DNA of 63,522 bases, the filler included, from Parasitella parasitica NRRL 2501 (Eukaryota > Fungi > Mucoromycota): NCBI GenBank assembly GCA_025201805.1. It is 14 parts of 14 records of this genome, joined end to end, with 100 filler letters (N's around TTAATTAATTAA, not from the genome) between each part and the next. Parts side by side here need not be neighbours in the genome. Positions count along the whole stretch, not along the records: positions 1 to 21,615 come from MU619307.1; positions 21,716 to 23,287 come from MU619621.1; positions 23,388 to 24,523 come from MU619516.1; positions 24,624 to 27,627 come from MU619298.1; 10 more parts are not named here. One strand, 5' to 3'. Shown here in pieces: positions 13,937 through 24,661 of this stretch. The stretch's first letter is position 1. Each line of letters begins with the position of its first letter. Both the position numbers and the translations under genes were made by a program. Under the pieces are notes generated by a model. It was given only the letters and a program-made list of their open reading frames with translations. It did no database searches and was not told the origin of the DNA.

Positions 13937-15638
13937 ATGTTTTCTTTAAAAAAAAAGTGGAAAATTCTGTCGCAGAAAAACGAGGGCCATCCCACAAAGG
14001 AAGAAGCTGCCAATTCGTCTTTTGCAGAACCCAATACATCATTTGATTATGCATCATCGTCATCATCATCATCAGCATCGCAGCAGCAGCAGCAGGAGCC
14101 TTCCACAGATTACTCGTCTTCCAGAGTGTTTGAAATGGAATCTGATTATGAATTGCCAAAAATCATAACCAACATCCCATCACCCTCCGTGTCGTCTACC
14201 TCAAGCCATTCAACAGTAAGACAATCCTCTTCCAAGCCCATCGATATAAAATACTTTGTACCAAGAAATACTGAACCAGAAGGCTTGTCCCAGAGCGTCA
14301 TGATATCTGACCACGACTATATCCACCGGCAGCTGCTGAAGCGCTATCAAATGTCAAGTGCAGAAGATGAGTCTATTCTACATAACTATCTTGATGAAGA
14401 CAACACGGAGAACTCACACGACGACGAGAGCCGCTACTTTCCAGAGTATCATGCCAACAGCCCTTTTAGTGATGGTTCTTCAAACGCCAAAATGATAAAC
14501 GAACTATTCTCCAAGTCGGTTCCTTTAATATCTTCAATGTCAGGTTACCGCAAGTTTGTCTGGTCAAGCATGACACCCCCAGATCAAGAATTTCGTTCAT
14601 CTAAATCGCCATGTTTTAATAAAAAATATCAAGAGATTCATGGTGAAGCTTATGTAGTTACTATTGACGAAAACCAAAAAAGTCAAGAGGGCGGTAGTGT
14701 GGATATAGAACCAGACTCGAATAGCGTGGAAGAGTGGAAGAGTGCTGCAAATCAGCGTTACGGCAAATTTACTTTAGAAGAAAAGATGAGCCTCGACGAT
14801 CGAATTAGCGCTATATTATCGGAAACCCCATGGGATAGAGCACATGAGAATCCATGTACTCTAGAAAGATTGAAGCATAACCCATTCATCCACATCCTCT
14901 TTCAGCGGTATTCAGTTCCCATGAAGGTGACGAATGTTGCTCGCAATGCTCGGTTTAAACAGATCCAGTATCACTTTCATAACCCTAATATACTAGTAAG
15001 TAGACACTACGTATATACACAGTGCACTTTTACATCTCAAATAACTCTGTAGTATATGCGATACATTCGAAACACACAAACTGTGTTTGTCATTTACAGA
15101 TGCTACGCGGAAATGATCAAGGCATTGTGTATCATGGATTCTACAGGTATTAAAAGTACATGTATCAATATAATGAAATTTCCGCAAACTGATTGCTTTC
15201 CTTTACGAAAAGAAATCGCAAATCAAGCCATCACTTGTCGTCCTAGTAATGTAAGTGGTTTCATATATGTTTTTCATTTTATACAAACTTTTGTGGCGTC
15301 AGGTCGATGAGTTTATCAAGGAATGTTTACAAGAAAGCAAGAGAAAGCTCAAAAGAAAGAAGATTAGAGCCAAAAATTTCAGCAATCAGAGCACGAGTAA
15401 GGCCAAAAAACCAAAAACCAAAAAGCCTCAGGTGGCCATCAAGAAGCTGCCACCTCACCCAGCCAACAACGATAATAGCCAGATAGCCAGACGCCAAAAT
15501 GCTAAAAAGAGTACAAGGCAGCAGTTATCGAAAACTGAACGAAACCAGGGCTATAATGAAAGCAATCGTGTTTCTTCATTGTACTATTATCAATGCTATT
15601 GTTACCAGTGCGCCAATTCTACGTTACTACACTTTTGA
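13937..15638 (+). CDS. Hypothetical protein (Ser-rich N-terminus, globular middle domain, basic C-terminus), 3 exons
   Basis: A long ORF from ATG 13937. Introns 14996-15052 and 15251-15302 (gtaagt..ag) restore the frame to the stop at 15638. Confidence 0.7.
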
Positions 15639-16734
15639 AAAAGTAGGTCCATAAAGTACATGCACGCAACAGACAGTAAAAAAAAAAAAAACACATACAC
15701 ATACACACACACACCCTGTTACAAACAATTAGCTAAAGAGTAAACACGAATATAACAGCAAATTCCAAATTGAAATCAGCAGGAATTAATAAAATTATTT
15801 GCTTGAGCATCATGTTCTATATATACGCATACACACTGTACAACTGACCCTTCCGCTGTTTAGAAAAAACAAAAAAATAGGTAATATCCCCTTGCCACGA
15901 GCAACTAGGCATGAGGGCATCAGGCACCAGGCATAGGCATGCTCTCTTTAACCCTCTTTTTCCATGCTAATGCAATATATAAGAACTGTGTATTTGCAGG
16001 ACATTTCTGCCTGCTTTAGGAAGCTTGCCCAGAGTATTATAGAATATGATATTAGTTTTGCTACAGAAAGGCTGCAAACAAATGATTCACTGATTTCTGA
16101 GGCAAGATGCAAATGCGTTTTTATTGTTCAAATTAGATTAAAAATCGATCCTTTTTTTTTTTTTCCTTTACTTTTTTGTACGTCGTAAATATGGGTGATG
16201 ATAATACCTACAATGATTGTATGGAGGTGGCTATTGCAGGCTGTATAGACCAAGCATTTTTAAAATACGTGTATATTTCAAGTGCAGTTTGGTCGTCTGT
16301 ATTAGCACTAATAGGCAAGTGTTTTCTCGCAGCAATGCAAAGACAATAAATTAACCCTACAAGAACACAGCAAAATAAACACAATTCAGCGAGGAATAGA
16401 GTGTATAAATGCTTTGTTTGGTTTTGTAATTCTCATTCAAGTTTCGAATTTTTGAGTAGTCGGCGTTGAATCAAGTATATCTCATTTTCAAAAACTAGTT
16501 AAAAATATATGGAAGCTTCAGAAAACTATAAAAAAAATATTTGCGTATGCAACAAAGCGTGAAAAAATGGTCATGTATTTTGATTTGAAATAAGAGCTCT
16601 TTCAACAGAGTAAATCATGTTGAAAGTCGGGCGAAATAGCTTGAATCAACCAAATTAGGAGATTCGAAATCCAAAAAAGGCGATTTTTTAAGCTGTACAC
16701 TCCGTTCTAATCAAAAAAGCATCATCTTTTCCTC

Positions 16735-18399
16735 ATGGTAACAACACGAAGTAAAGGTATCAGCAACCAAGGAGCCTCTACATCCTCATCTAGAGCGCCT
16801 TCGACAACCACCTCCTCTACTACTAGTTGGGTTATGGTAGCAAAGCGAAATAAAGGCAAACAACGCCATGTTCCCTTCTCTCCAACTATTGTTCAGCCTA
16901 GTGTAGCGATCTCAGCATCCTCTCAGGCTTTGTCTAGCGACTCTCGACCATCTTCGGTTGAACTCGTCCGACCTTTCATCAAAGGTCTTGAAAGAAATTC
17001 TGTCTTGATTGATATCACTCACATCAAAGATATCGCCCTGTTGGAAGAACGTCTTAAGCAATTTAATAATGCAGACAATCAAACCGACATCTATAATGAC
17101 TTCATCGGTTATCCTGAAACGATTCGCACGTATCTTGGCCATCGTTTCCTGGAGACCATGTGGGTACATCATTCTGCTGGCCATAATACCATTCTGAATG
17201 ATGGAGTCTTTTTGTCTGATGGCACCTATGTCAAAGGATTTGAATCCTACCCCACTGATGCCAAGATTGTGCACGTGAAGCTTGAAAACCTTCCGTTTCT
17301 TCCTGCCCGCTTGGTCATGCAGGACATGAAGAGAATTCTTTCCTTTTATGGTGAAGTTCTTGATCTAGGCATCACCCAGGTCAACGGTATCTTTCATGGT
17401 AAGGGCTATGCCACCCTCAATCAGACGAAACCGAGAACTGTTGAAAATGTTTGTTTGTCCACGGATCATCCACATGGTACTTCTTCATCCAAATGCGATG
17501 GTTACCACAAGTATCAAGAATTGACCCGCGTCATTCCTTGGGAAGAGGATGACGGGTACTATCGTCATGTTTTGGCGCAATGGGATTCCATGCCAGAATT
17601 CTGTCGCATCTGCCAACAGCCTGGGCACTGCCGTGCTGATTGCCCTGAATATAAGAAGCACATAACCTGTCATCATTGTAATCTACATGGTCACATCGCG
17701 CGCAATTGTCCTCGCCTTAATGACGCCAACAAGGTGCGTATTGTTGAGAAGCCAGCGGAAAAGAAGCCCACTTCGAACACTCGCACCAGCAACAAAGGTA
17801 AGGGAAGAGACACTTCTTCAACATCTTCCAAGGGAGTTGGCAGCCGCCTTGAGCAAGCCGTTGTCACGCCTAGGGATGCTGACACGAAGATGAGTGAACG
17901 CACTTTGGCTGTTCCTCCATCTGCTGCCTCTGGCCCTGAGCAAGCCATGCAGAGATCGACTGATTCAGATACACTGATGTATGAGACTCAAACGTCTCTT
18001 CCTAAAGACACTATTGTGGCCAATTCCTCGGCTGCTGTCATTTTGACCCCTTCTCCTCCCATCCGTAACGGAGAACATGAATCTTTTGTTAATAAACCCA
18101 ATCCTCCTGGTTCTCCTACCACGGTGACCGGAGATGCACCTCCTACCACGGGGATTACCCCAGGTAGTACCTTGACCAATGCATTGCCTCCATCATCTGT
18201 TGGCAAAGAACTTACTAGACAACCATCCTTTGATGAGGACTCTCCTCTCATTAAAACCCATAAAACCTCCCTGGACGGAGACGTTAGTGTTAGTCGTAAA
18301 ATGACTGCTGAAGCACACCGCCAAGAAATGGACACACGAGCCCGAGATCTAGCCCTGAAAATCTCGGAAGCCTCCACCAATAACTCTAACAATTTATAA
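16735..18399 (+). CDS. LINE ORF1 (RRM-like region plus two CCHC zinc knuckles)
   Basis: 554 aa, with knuckles CRICQQPGHCRADC and CHHCNLHGHIARNC, an RRM-like VKLENLPF...YGEVLDLG...GKGYATL segment, and a low-complexity tail. Confidence 0.92.
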   Translation: MVTTRSKGISNQGASTSSSRAPSTTTSSTTSWVMVAKRNKGKQRHVPFSPTIVQPSVAISASSQALSSDSRPSSVELVRPFIKGLERNSVLIDITHIKDIALLEERLKQFNNADNQTDIYNDFIGYPETIRTYLGHRFLETMWVHHSAGHNTILNDGVFLSDGTYVKGFESYPTDAKIVHVKLENLPFLPARLVMQDMKRILSFYGEVLDLGITQVNGIFHGKGYATLNQTKPRTVENVCLSTDHPHGTSSSKCDGYHKYQELTRVIPWEEDDGYYRHVLAQWDSMPEFCRICQQPGHCRADCPEYKKHITCHHCNLHGHIARNCPRLNDANKVRIVEKPAEKKPTSNTRTSNKGKGRDTSSTSSKGVGSRLEQAVVTPRDADTKMSERTLAVPPSAASGPEQAMQRSTDSDTLMYETQTSLPKDTIVANSSAAVILTPSPPIRNGEHESFVNKPNPPGSPTTVTGDAPPTTGITPGSTLTNALPPSSVGKELTRQPSFDEDSPLIKTHKTSLDGDVSVSRKMTAEAHRQEMDTRARDLALKISEASTNNSNNL

Positions 18400-18401
18400 T
18401 T

Positions 18402-21400
18402 ATGATTAACAACCAACACCGTATATCCATTGCCACCCTAAACTGCCGTGGCCTAAAAAAGACATCAGATTTAAACACAAGAAAAAAATTTATCCGTTAC
18501 CTCCGTACCTTAGAATTTGACATTCTGGTATTGCAGGAAACCCACGCTGACACTCAAGACACTATCGATCAATTCAATATGCAATTCAACATCCACAACC
18601 GCCCCAATTCCAGCCATTGGACGCCTCATTGTGGCATAGTCGTCCTTAACAACAAATACTCAATTAATATTCTACAAGATGGTATCGACAGTGGTCGTTT
18701 TATCTTAGCAAACATTCAACTCACTTCAACAGTACCAACAGAGAATGATTCAACATCTACTCCACCCACCAACATTGCAACTTTACTCAATATTTATGGT
18801 CGCTCCAACACCCACTCCGAGCGTTCCGCCTTTTACTCCACACTCTTGGCCATGCCTTTAATCAACCGCACACTCCACAATCAACGGTCTCCAGTTCTCA
18901 TCATGGGCGACTTTAATTACAGCTATGAGAACCATTGTCGGCCGGATGGCACCTTAACATCTGCTCCTCCAGAATGGCTCTCTTTACTAGACAACCTCTA
19001 TGTAGATTGCTTTCGGGACCAAAAGCAGATTACTTGGAAGTCAAAAGACTCATCATCCATCCTCGATTTCATCTTTTGTAGCTCTTCTGACCATTACAAA
19101 GTCAACAATTTAAAGCAGCAGTTTCTTTCCACCAAGTGGACCGATCATGCCCTACTAGGTATCTCTTTCCAGTATACAGACCAATACAGCAGAGGGCCAG
19201 GTGCCTGGAAAGCTAATCCATTTCTTGCAAGCCGACCTGAATATCGTTCTGCCTTGGCGGCACATTTGCACTCCAACTTGGACGAATTTAACAGCATACA
19301 ATCTTTCTCCACCCCTCAACAATCCTGGGATTGGGTCAAAGCCGAAGTCAAACTGTTTACAAAAGCATTCCAGCTACAGGACAACAATTGGCGCAAACAA
19401 CAGATCAAACACCTGCAAAAGAAGCGCAATCGGATGTATCGTTTGAAGAAAACCCGTGGGTTGTATTTTGAAATACTGGATACCATTGAGACGCAACTTG
19501 GATCTTTACAAGACTCATTGGCCGAAATCGAAATCCTCAAAGCTGGTAAGCATTGGCGTGAGAACGGGGAGAAATCCGCTGGATATCTCAAACGCTCTGC
19601 TACCATACGAGAACAACAACGAAGCATTGCAGAGTTACGGGACCCAGTCACCCAAGACCTTTGCACTGATCAATCCAGGATGCAGGAGATAGCCACATCC
19701 TTTTACTCACAGCTTTTTACACCTGATCGTCTGGACTACATTGCTATCGAGTTGCTACTTAGGTCTATTCCTTCTGCACTCAAGCTGACCTCCGATGATC
19801 ATGAAGTGCTCACGACGCCGATTGATTTTGAGGACATCTTAGAGGGCTTTAAATCGTCTCCTCGGCACTCCAGCCCTGGATCTGATGGCTTACCGTACGA
19901 AGTTCTCAATCTTGTCATGCGCTTCCCTCCGTATCAAGAACTTTTGACCACTGTCTTCAATGATGCTCTTGATAAGGGCCTCTTCCCTGATTCTTGGAAT
20001 CAATCTATTATGACTTTGCTCCCAAAGAAAGGTGACCCCTCGGACATGAAGAATTATCGGCCCCTAAGTCTGGCGAATTGTGATTACAAATACTTCACTC
20101 GTATCCTCAATCGACGCATGATGGAGGTTTCTAAGAAATTGATCAACAGCAATCAAATTGGCTTCGTCCCTGGCAAGTACATTGCTGAGAATGGCCTCCG
20201 CTGTCAACTCATTATGGAAGATGCCCAACGTCAATATGACATCGCTGAACAGCAGACAGGCACTGCCACCTTGGATAAAGATATAGGCTTATTGTTAGAT
20301 CAAGAAAAAGCCTATGACCGCGTTAACCTAACATTCTTCAAGCTGGTTTTGAATCATTATGGCTTCCCCGAGACCATCATCCAGTGCATTTACAACCTAA
20401 TGGCGCTCAATACGATCAAAATCAACATCAATGGCTATTTTACTGAGGCAATACCCAAATTAAGAGGCTTCAAACAGGGCGATCCTCTATCATGTATATG
20501 TTATGATTTAGCCTTTGAACCTTTTCTTCAAGGTATTCTCACTGATACGGACTTCTCAGGATATACCTTCCATCGTCATCCCTCCACCATTGCTTCCACT
20601 TCAGTTCCGCCTATGCAAACGAAAGTGCTGGCATATGCTGACGATGCTCTTGTGTTCGTTCACGATAGAGCTGATCTCCGTCTCTTGCGGTACTACATGG
20701 GCCTGTTCTGTAGGGCATCCAACGCTAAGTTCAATTACAACAAAGTCGAAGCCTTCTCTCTGTCTGGCCGTGATACCTGGAACTACTGGCAACATCCACT
20801 GGAAGAAATGCATATTCACAAGCTCCACACGAGACACGATGAGGCTCCTATCGTCTACCTTGGCTTCCCTCTGATTCAGAGCACAGTCCAACGGACGAAT
20901 CATATTACCATGATTGTCGACAAGCTGAAGGCGGCCACCACGCTGCATACTACCCGTTCATTGTCAGTTGTAGGAAGAGCTACTGTGGTCAACACCTTGC
21001 TCCTGTCTAAATGCTGGTACATCCTTCGAGTGACCCCTCTTACACAACAGGACCTCCACAAGATCACTAGTGTCATGATTCAATTCCTCCGACGAGGCAT
21101 CTTCCCCGCTATTCCCTGGAGTACATGGACCTTGCCCAAGAACCAAGGTGGACTTGGAGTCCTAGACGTGCCTGCGCAATACATGGCGCTTTACTTTCGT
21201 TGGGGGCAGCCATTAGTCACTACTTCCTCGGCCTCGACCGATACGGATCCATTGATTAATATGCTCATTCAACACGTCCAAAACCATAATCGCACTGAAT
21301 TCCACCAAATTCCTCTGCTGTTTCCAACTACGCGTAAGACCTTTACACGCAAGAATAGAATCTCCACCATAGACATTCTGTACCGGTGCATTGATGCCCT

Positions 21401-21615
21401 TCCACGCAACTATGACTCTGTGTCCATCAACCACAACACCGGGCTAGTGTTGCCTCTCCTTGCCGTCTTCTACCCAAATAGGTCCAACTCCTTTCAAATC
21501 CCTAGTAAAATGAAGGAGATGACTGTAGCTAATGTCTTCCAATACAACCCTGATCGTAGGTTCCTTCATTGGAAAGACTGGCAGGACCCAACTCTTCGTC
21601 ACTGGAAGCAGGCAC
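18402..21615 (+). CDS. LINE ORF2: apurinic-like endonuclease plus reverse transcriptase (partial at 3')
   Basis: APE motifs TLNCRGL, LQETH, MGDFN, LDFIF and TDH. RT motifs SPGSDG, YRPLSL, DQEKAYD, GFKQGDPLS, YADD and YLGFP. The frame is open for more than 1070 codons up to the gap. Confidence 0.96.
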
Positions 21616-21715
21616 NNNNNNNNNNNNNNNNNNNNNNNNNNNNNNNNNNNNNNNNNNNNTTAATTAATTAANNNNNNNNNNNNNNNNNNNNNNNNNNNNN
21701 NNNNNNNNNNNNNNN
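21616..21715. other. Synthetic contig linker N44-TTAATTAATTAA-N44 (first of 13)
   Basis: Identical 100-bp units with stops in all six frames start at 21616, 23288, 24524, 27628, 36113, 46677, 51191, 52397, 54275, 56553, 57889, 60396 and 61587. True gaps (8254-8263, 33343-34142) lack the linker. Confidence 0.97.
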
Positions 21716-22223
21716 TTAGCTTGTAGGCATCAGTGCGATCAGCGAATAAAGATTTCTGAAAAGAAAACAAAACAGAACCAGAAGAAAGAGATTGTTGAAT
21801 AATTGACATCGCCTTGCTTGCCAAAATTTGACATTTCAGATCATCATCTTCAAATAAAACGGAGCCAACCAAAGGAATATCAGCCTTGTTGTCCACATGA
21901 CGCTTGCTAGGCTGAACAAATCGTTTCTTGCCATGACGAGAGGCCATTACAGCCCACGTCTCAGTTGGAATAGTTGTCATGGAGTGTAACTTTTGTGGTG
22001 TGTGTAGTTACGCTATCGAAAAATTTGCAAAAAAGTGAAAGAGTTGTATAAAATGGTTAAAACAACTGATCTTGAGTTGAAATTGAGATATGTTGTAGAG
22101 CAGAAACGGATGTATCGAAGGAACTATAGATGCAAGATGGATGTATCGTAGTTGTGGAGATATCGTCGTTTGAAAATGGCGTAAAACAGAACTTGTAAAA
22201 AAGTGATGTATACGCGAAAGAGC
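21716..22223 (-). mobile_element. 5' end (leader plus start of ORF1) of a second L1-like family
   Basis: The ORF MTTIPTETWAVMASRHGKKRF... starts at 21980 and has a near-identical copy at 51291-51750. The leader terminates in TACGCGAAAGAGC (22211-22223). Confidence 0.72.
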
Positions 22224-22920
22224 ACTTAATTTTTTTGTGTATGAAAATTTTGTTTGTTAAAATTTTTTCAGTTATTACCAAATATTTAAAAAGATTGTTA
22301 AATTATATAAAATGTTATAAAAAGCAAAATTTATATTTTTGTAAATAAAAAATGTTTTAAATTTAAACAAATTTAATTAAAATTGTATAAAGTTTTTACG
22401 CAATTATTATTTTTAATATTATGTTGTTAAAAAATTTTCATTCTAATTAAAATTATATTTTTAAATATTTTATATTTTACGTTTGTGTAATTAAATAATT
22501 CAAATTGTTTTTGAAGCCAAACGTTTTTTGAATAATGTATTTTTTTAAAATATAAACTTTTATAAGTAAGCAAAAGAGTTGTAAACCAAAGGTATATATA
22601 CACGCATTTAAGCACATAAAAAGCAAATGTTTGTTGCCCAGTTTTTTGATAATAAAAGTTCAATGTATAATGCTCAATTTTTTTTTATAAAGCATTGTTG
22701 CCAATTTCAAATATAAAGACAGTTAATTAAACGTATTTTTTAATTCATACAGAAAGTGGCATAGGTCATGTATAGCACGTAACTTTTTATTATTCGCACA
22801 GGTCCGGCCTAGATTCATGGAAGAATCGAATTTTTTCCATGTGCATCAGTTTTACTTTGTTTGAGTTTAATATAGGTATCGCATACGTATTTTTACTTTT
22901 GACTATATTGTCTCATAGGT
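22224..22920. other. Candidate core centromere A: AT-rich tract plus phased CATAGGT motif array
   Basis: ~540 bp at ~87-90% AT, then AGGT sites at 22763, 22800, 22874 and 22917. The motif at 22763-22812 aligns without gaps to 52347-52396 and 61194-61243. Confidence 0.7.
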
Positions 22921-23001
22921 TTAATTGTTTCTCCGCTACTACTCTAACTTGTTGAAGCAAAGAAATCTCTCCATTCGGGGAACTGGACTTGTGGCTAACT
23001 C

Positions 23002-23073
23002 GTTGCTGTTGTCCAGTTAATAAAAGATACACTTTAATACAAAAAAAAAAAAAAAAAAAGTTGCTGTTGTCCA
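23002..23073 (+). mobile_element. 44-bp 5'-truncated retroposed insertion with poly(A) and 14-bp target-site duplication
   Basis: GTTGCTGTTGTCCA (23002-23015), then gttAATAAAagatacactttaatac-A19 (23016-23059), then GTTGCTGTTGTCCA (23060-23073). Confidence 0.85.
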
Positions 23074-23101
23074 AGGTTTATCATATGTTGCGTGTTGTAG
23101 A

Positions 23102-23287
23102 GCTCTTTCGCGTAATCAATTTTTTCAAAAAAAGCTCAACTTTGAAGCACGATATCTCGACAACCAGCATACATCCATCTCGCATCCAACTTTTTTTAGA
23201 TACATCCATCTCAGCTTTACAACTTATCTGAATTTCAGAACGATTGACCTTCGTTTCGACATATTCTGAATTTTCGAACAAATAGCA
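23102..23287 (+). mobile_element. LINE-associated 5' leader, inverted relative to 22057-22223
   Basis: Begins GCTCTTTCGCGTA and contains GATATCTCGACAAC..ATACATCCATCTCGCATC. It is the reverse-complement homolog of 22057-22223 and nearly identical to the reverse complement of 60496-60582. Confidence 0.7.
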
Positions 23288-24623
23288 NNNNNNNNNNNNN
23301 NNNNNNNNNNNNNNNNNNNNNNNNNNNNNNNTTAATTAATTAANNNNNNNNNNNNNNNNNNNNNNNNNNNNNNNNNNNNNNNNNNNNTTTTTTAAATTCA
23401 GCTGCGTGTTCAATCAAAGGCTCTTGAGGTATAGCTGGTAACTTAACCGTCGTGATAAATCAGCATGGAATCATTTCTCTTTTGAGAAATCAGTACTGCA
23501 AGATAGATCAGAATCTATATCATATTTGAATACAATACCAATAAAAAACACAAAATACCTTATAACCGTAATATTTTTAAAATGATACTGCTGTATGTCG
23601 CAGATTTCTCAATTTTGGTTGCTTGTATTGAGCAGTGCAGAGACAAGAGAAACAACCCACATGTCAATTACAATACACCATTCGAATGCTAAAATGCACT
23701 CAAACTAGGCAGTCATAATTAGAAGTCTGGAGAAGAACTATGAGACTTGAAATAGCTGTGTTTCTCATTTTTTCATCTTTTCGTCAAGATTTTAAATTGA
23801 AGTAACTTTTCATCCAAGCAACCAATTTTTAAAACATAAAAAGTATCATATTCCACAACATCAAGTCTATCTTGTCATTTGGCTTTGGTTCACCAGATTA
23901 TAATTTTTAACCTAGTTTTCTCACTTAATATTGTTTATTATATTGCATGCATTTACTGCTTACGCAAAAATACGGTCACTGGCGTATTAAAAAATTGGCT
24001 ACGCCTTTTTTTTTTTTTTCTTTTTTGCTGCTTTTCTACTTCTATTACGCTATTATGTTACTATTATATACTCTTATGCTTGATCATCTACAATCCAAAC
24101 GCGTGCAATTTGTGTTCATTATTGCTGGTACTATACGTTGTACCTCTTTGATTCTGGGTAAAGTCGATTTTTTTCCTTAAAAACAGTGAATAATACATAC
24201 GTTTTCTAAAAGACCATAACTAACACTCTCATGCACATTTTTTATAGTACCTATTACAAGAAAACAATATACAAGATGGCGTGTTTCTAGTGCAATAGTT
24301 CATTCAGGTATTATCATTTATTATGATTTTGTGAGAGTTTTCTTACTAATTGAAAAGTTTACATTTGTAGTTTTAGTTCTCTCTTGATGTCAAGTGGATG
24401 GCCTATCATTGAAACTTGACATTAGATTTTTATCCGGGTCATACAGGAGCATGTAGGCTGTTTCTACTCATCGACTGTGCTTACCCTAGCAGTTTTTGAG
24501 ATGGGCCATTTTATCCGAAGCTGNNNNNNNNNNNNNNNNNNNNNNNNNNNNNNNNNNNNNNNNNNNNTTAATTAATTAANNNNNNNNNNNNNNNNNNNNN
24601 NNNNNNNNNNNNNNNNNNNNNNN

Positions 24624-24661
<38 letters not shown>

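Larger units (their letters stand above)
16440..21615 (+). mobile_element. L1-clade non-LTR retrotransposon (Grem-LINE1-like), apparently intact; 3' end cut by the contig end
   Basis: Two long ORFs separated by 2 nt. The 5' boundary is approximate. Confidence 0.92.

Noticed and set aside
15685-15945. (CA)n microsatellite and short AGGCA repeats
   Set aside because: Ordinary simple repeats with no further structure.
22224-22750. AT-rich tracts as mitochondrial insertions or RIP-degraded TEs
   Set aside because: No mitochondrial gene or TE remnants are visible, the adjacent LINE copies are not mutated, and tract length and the adjacent motif are conserved across three contigs.
22760-22920. 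Periodic CATAGGT array as a CRISPR-like or satellite repeat
   Set aside because: The conserved part is only ~7 bp with diverged spacers, the context is eukaryotic, and there are no cas genes. It is better explained as phased binding sites.
24300-24523. SGHTGACR segment resembling a CACTA transposase
   Set aside because: Too short and degenerate to call.
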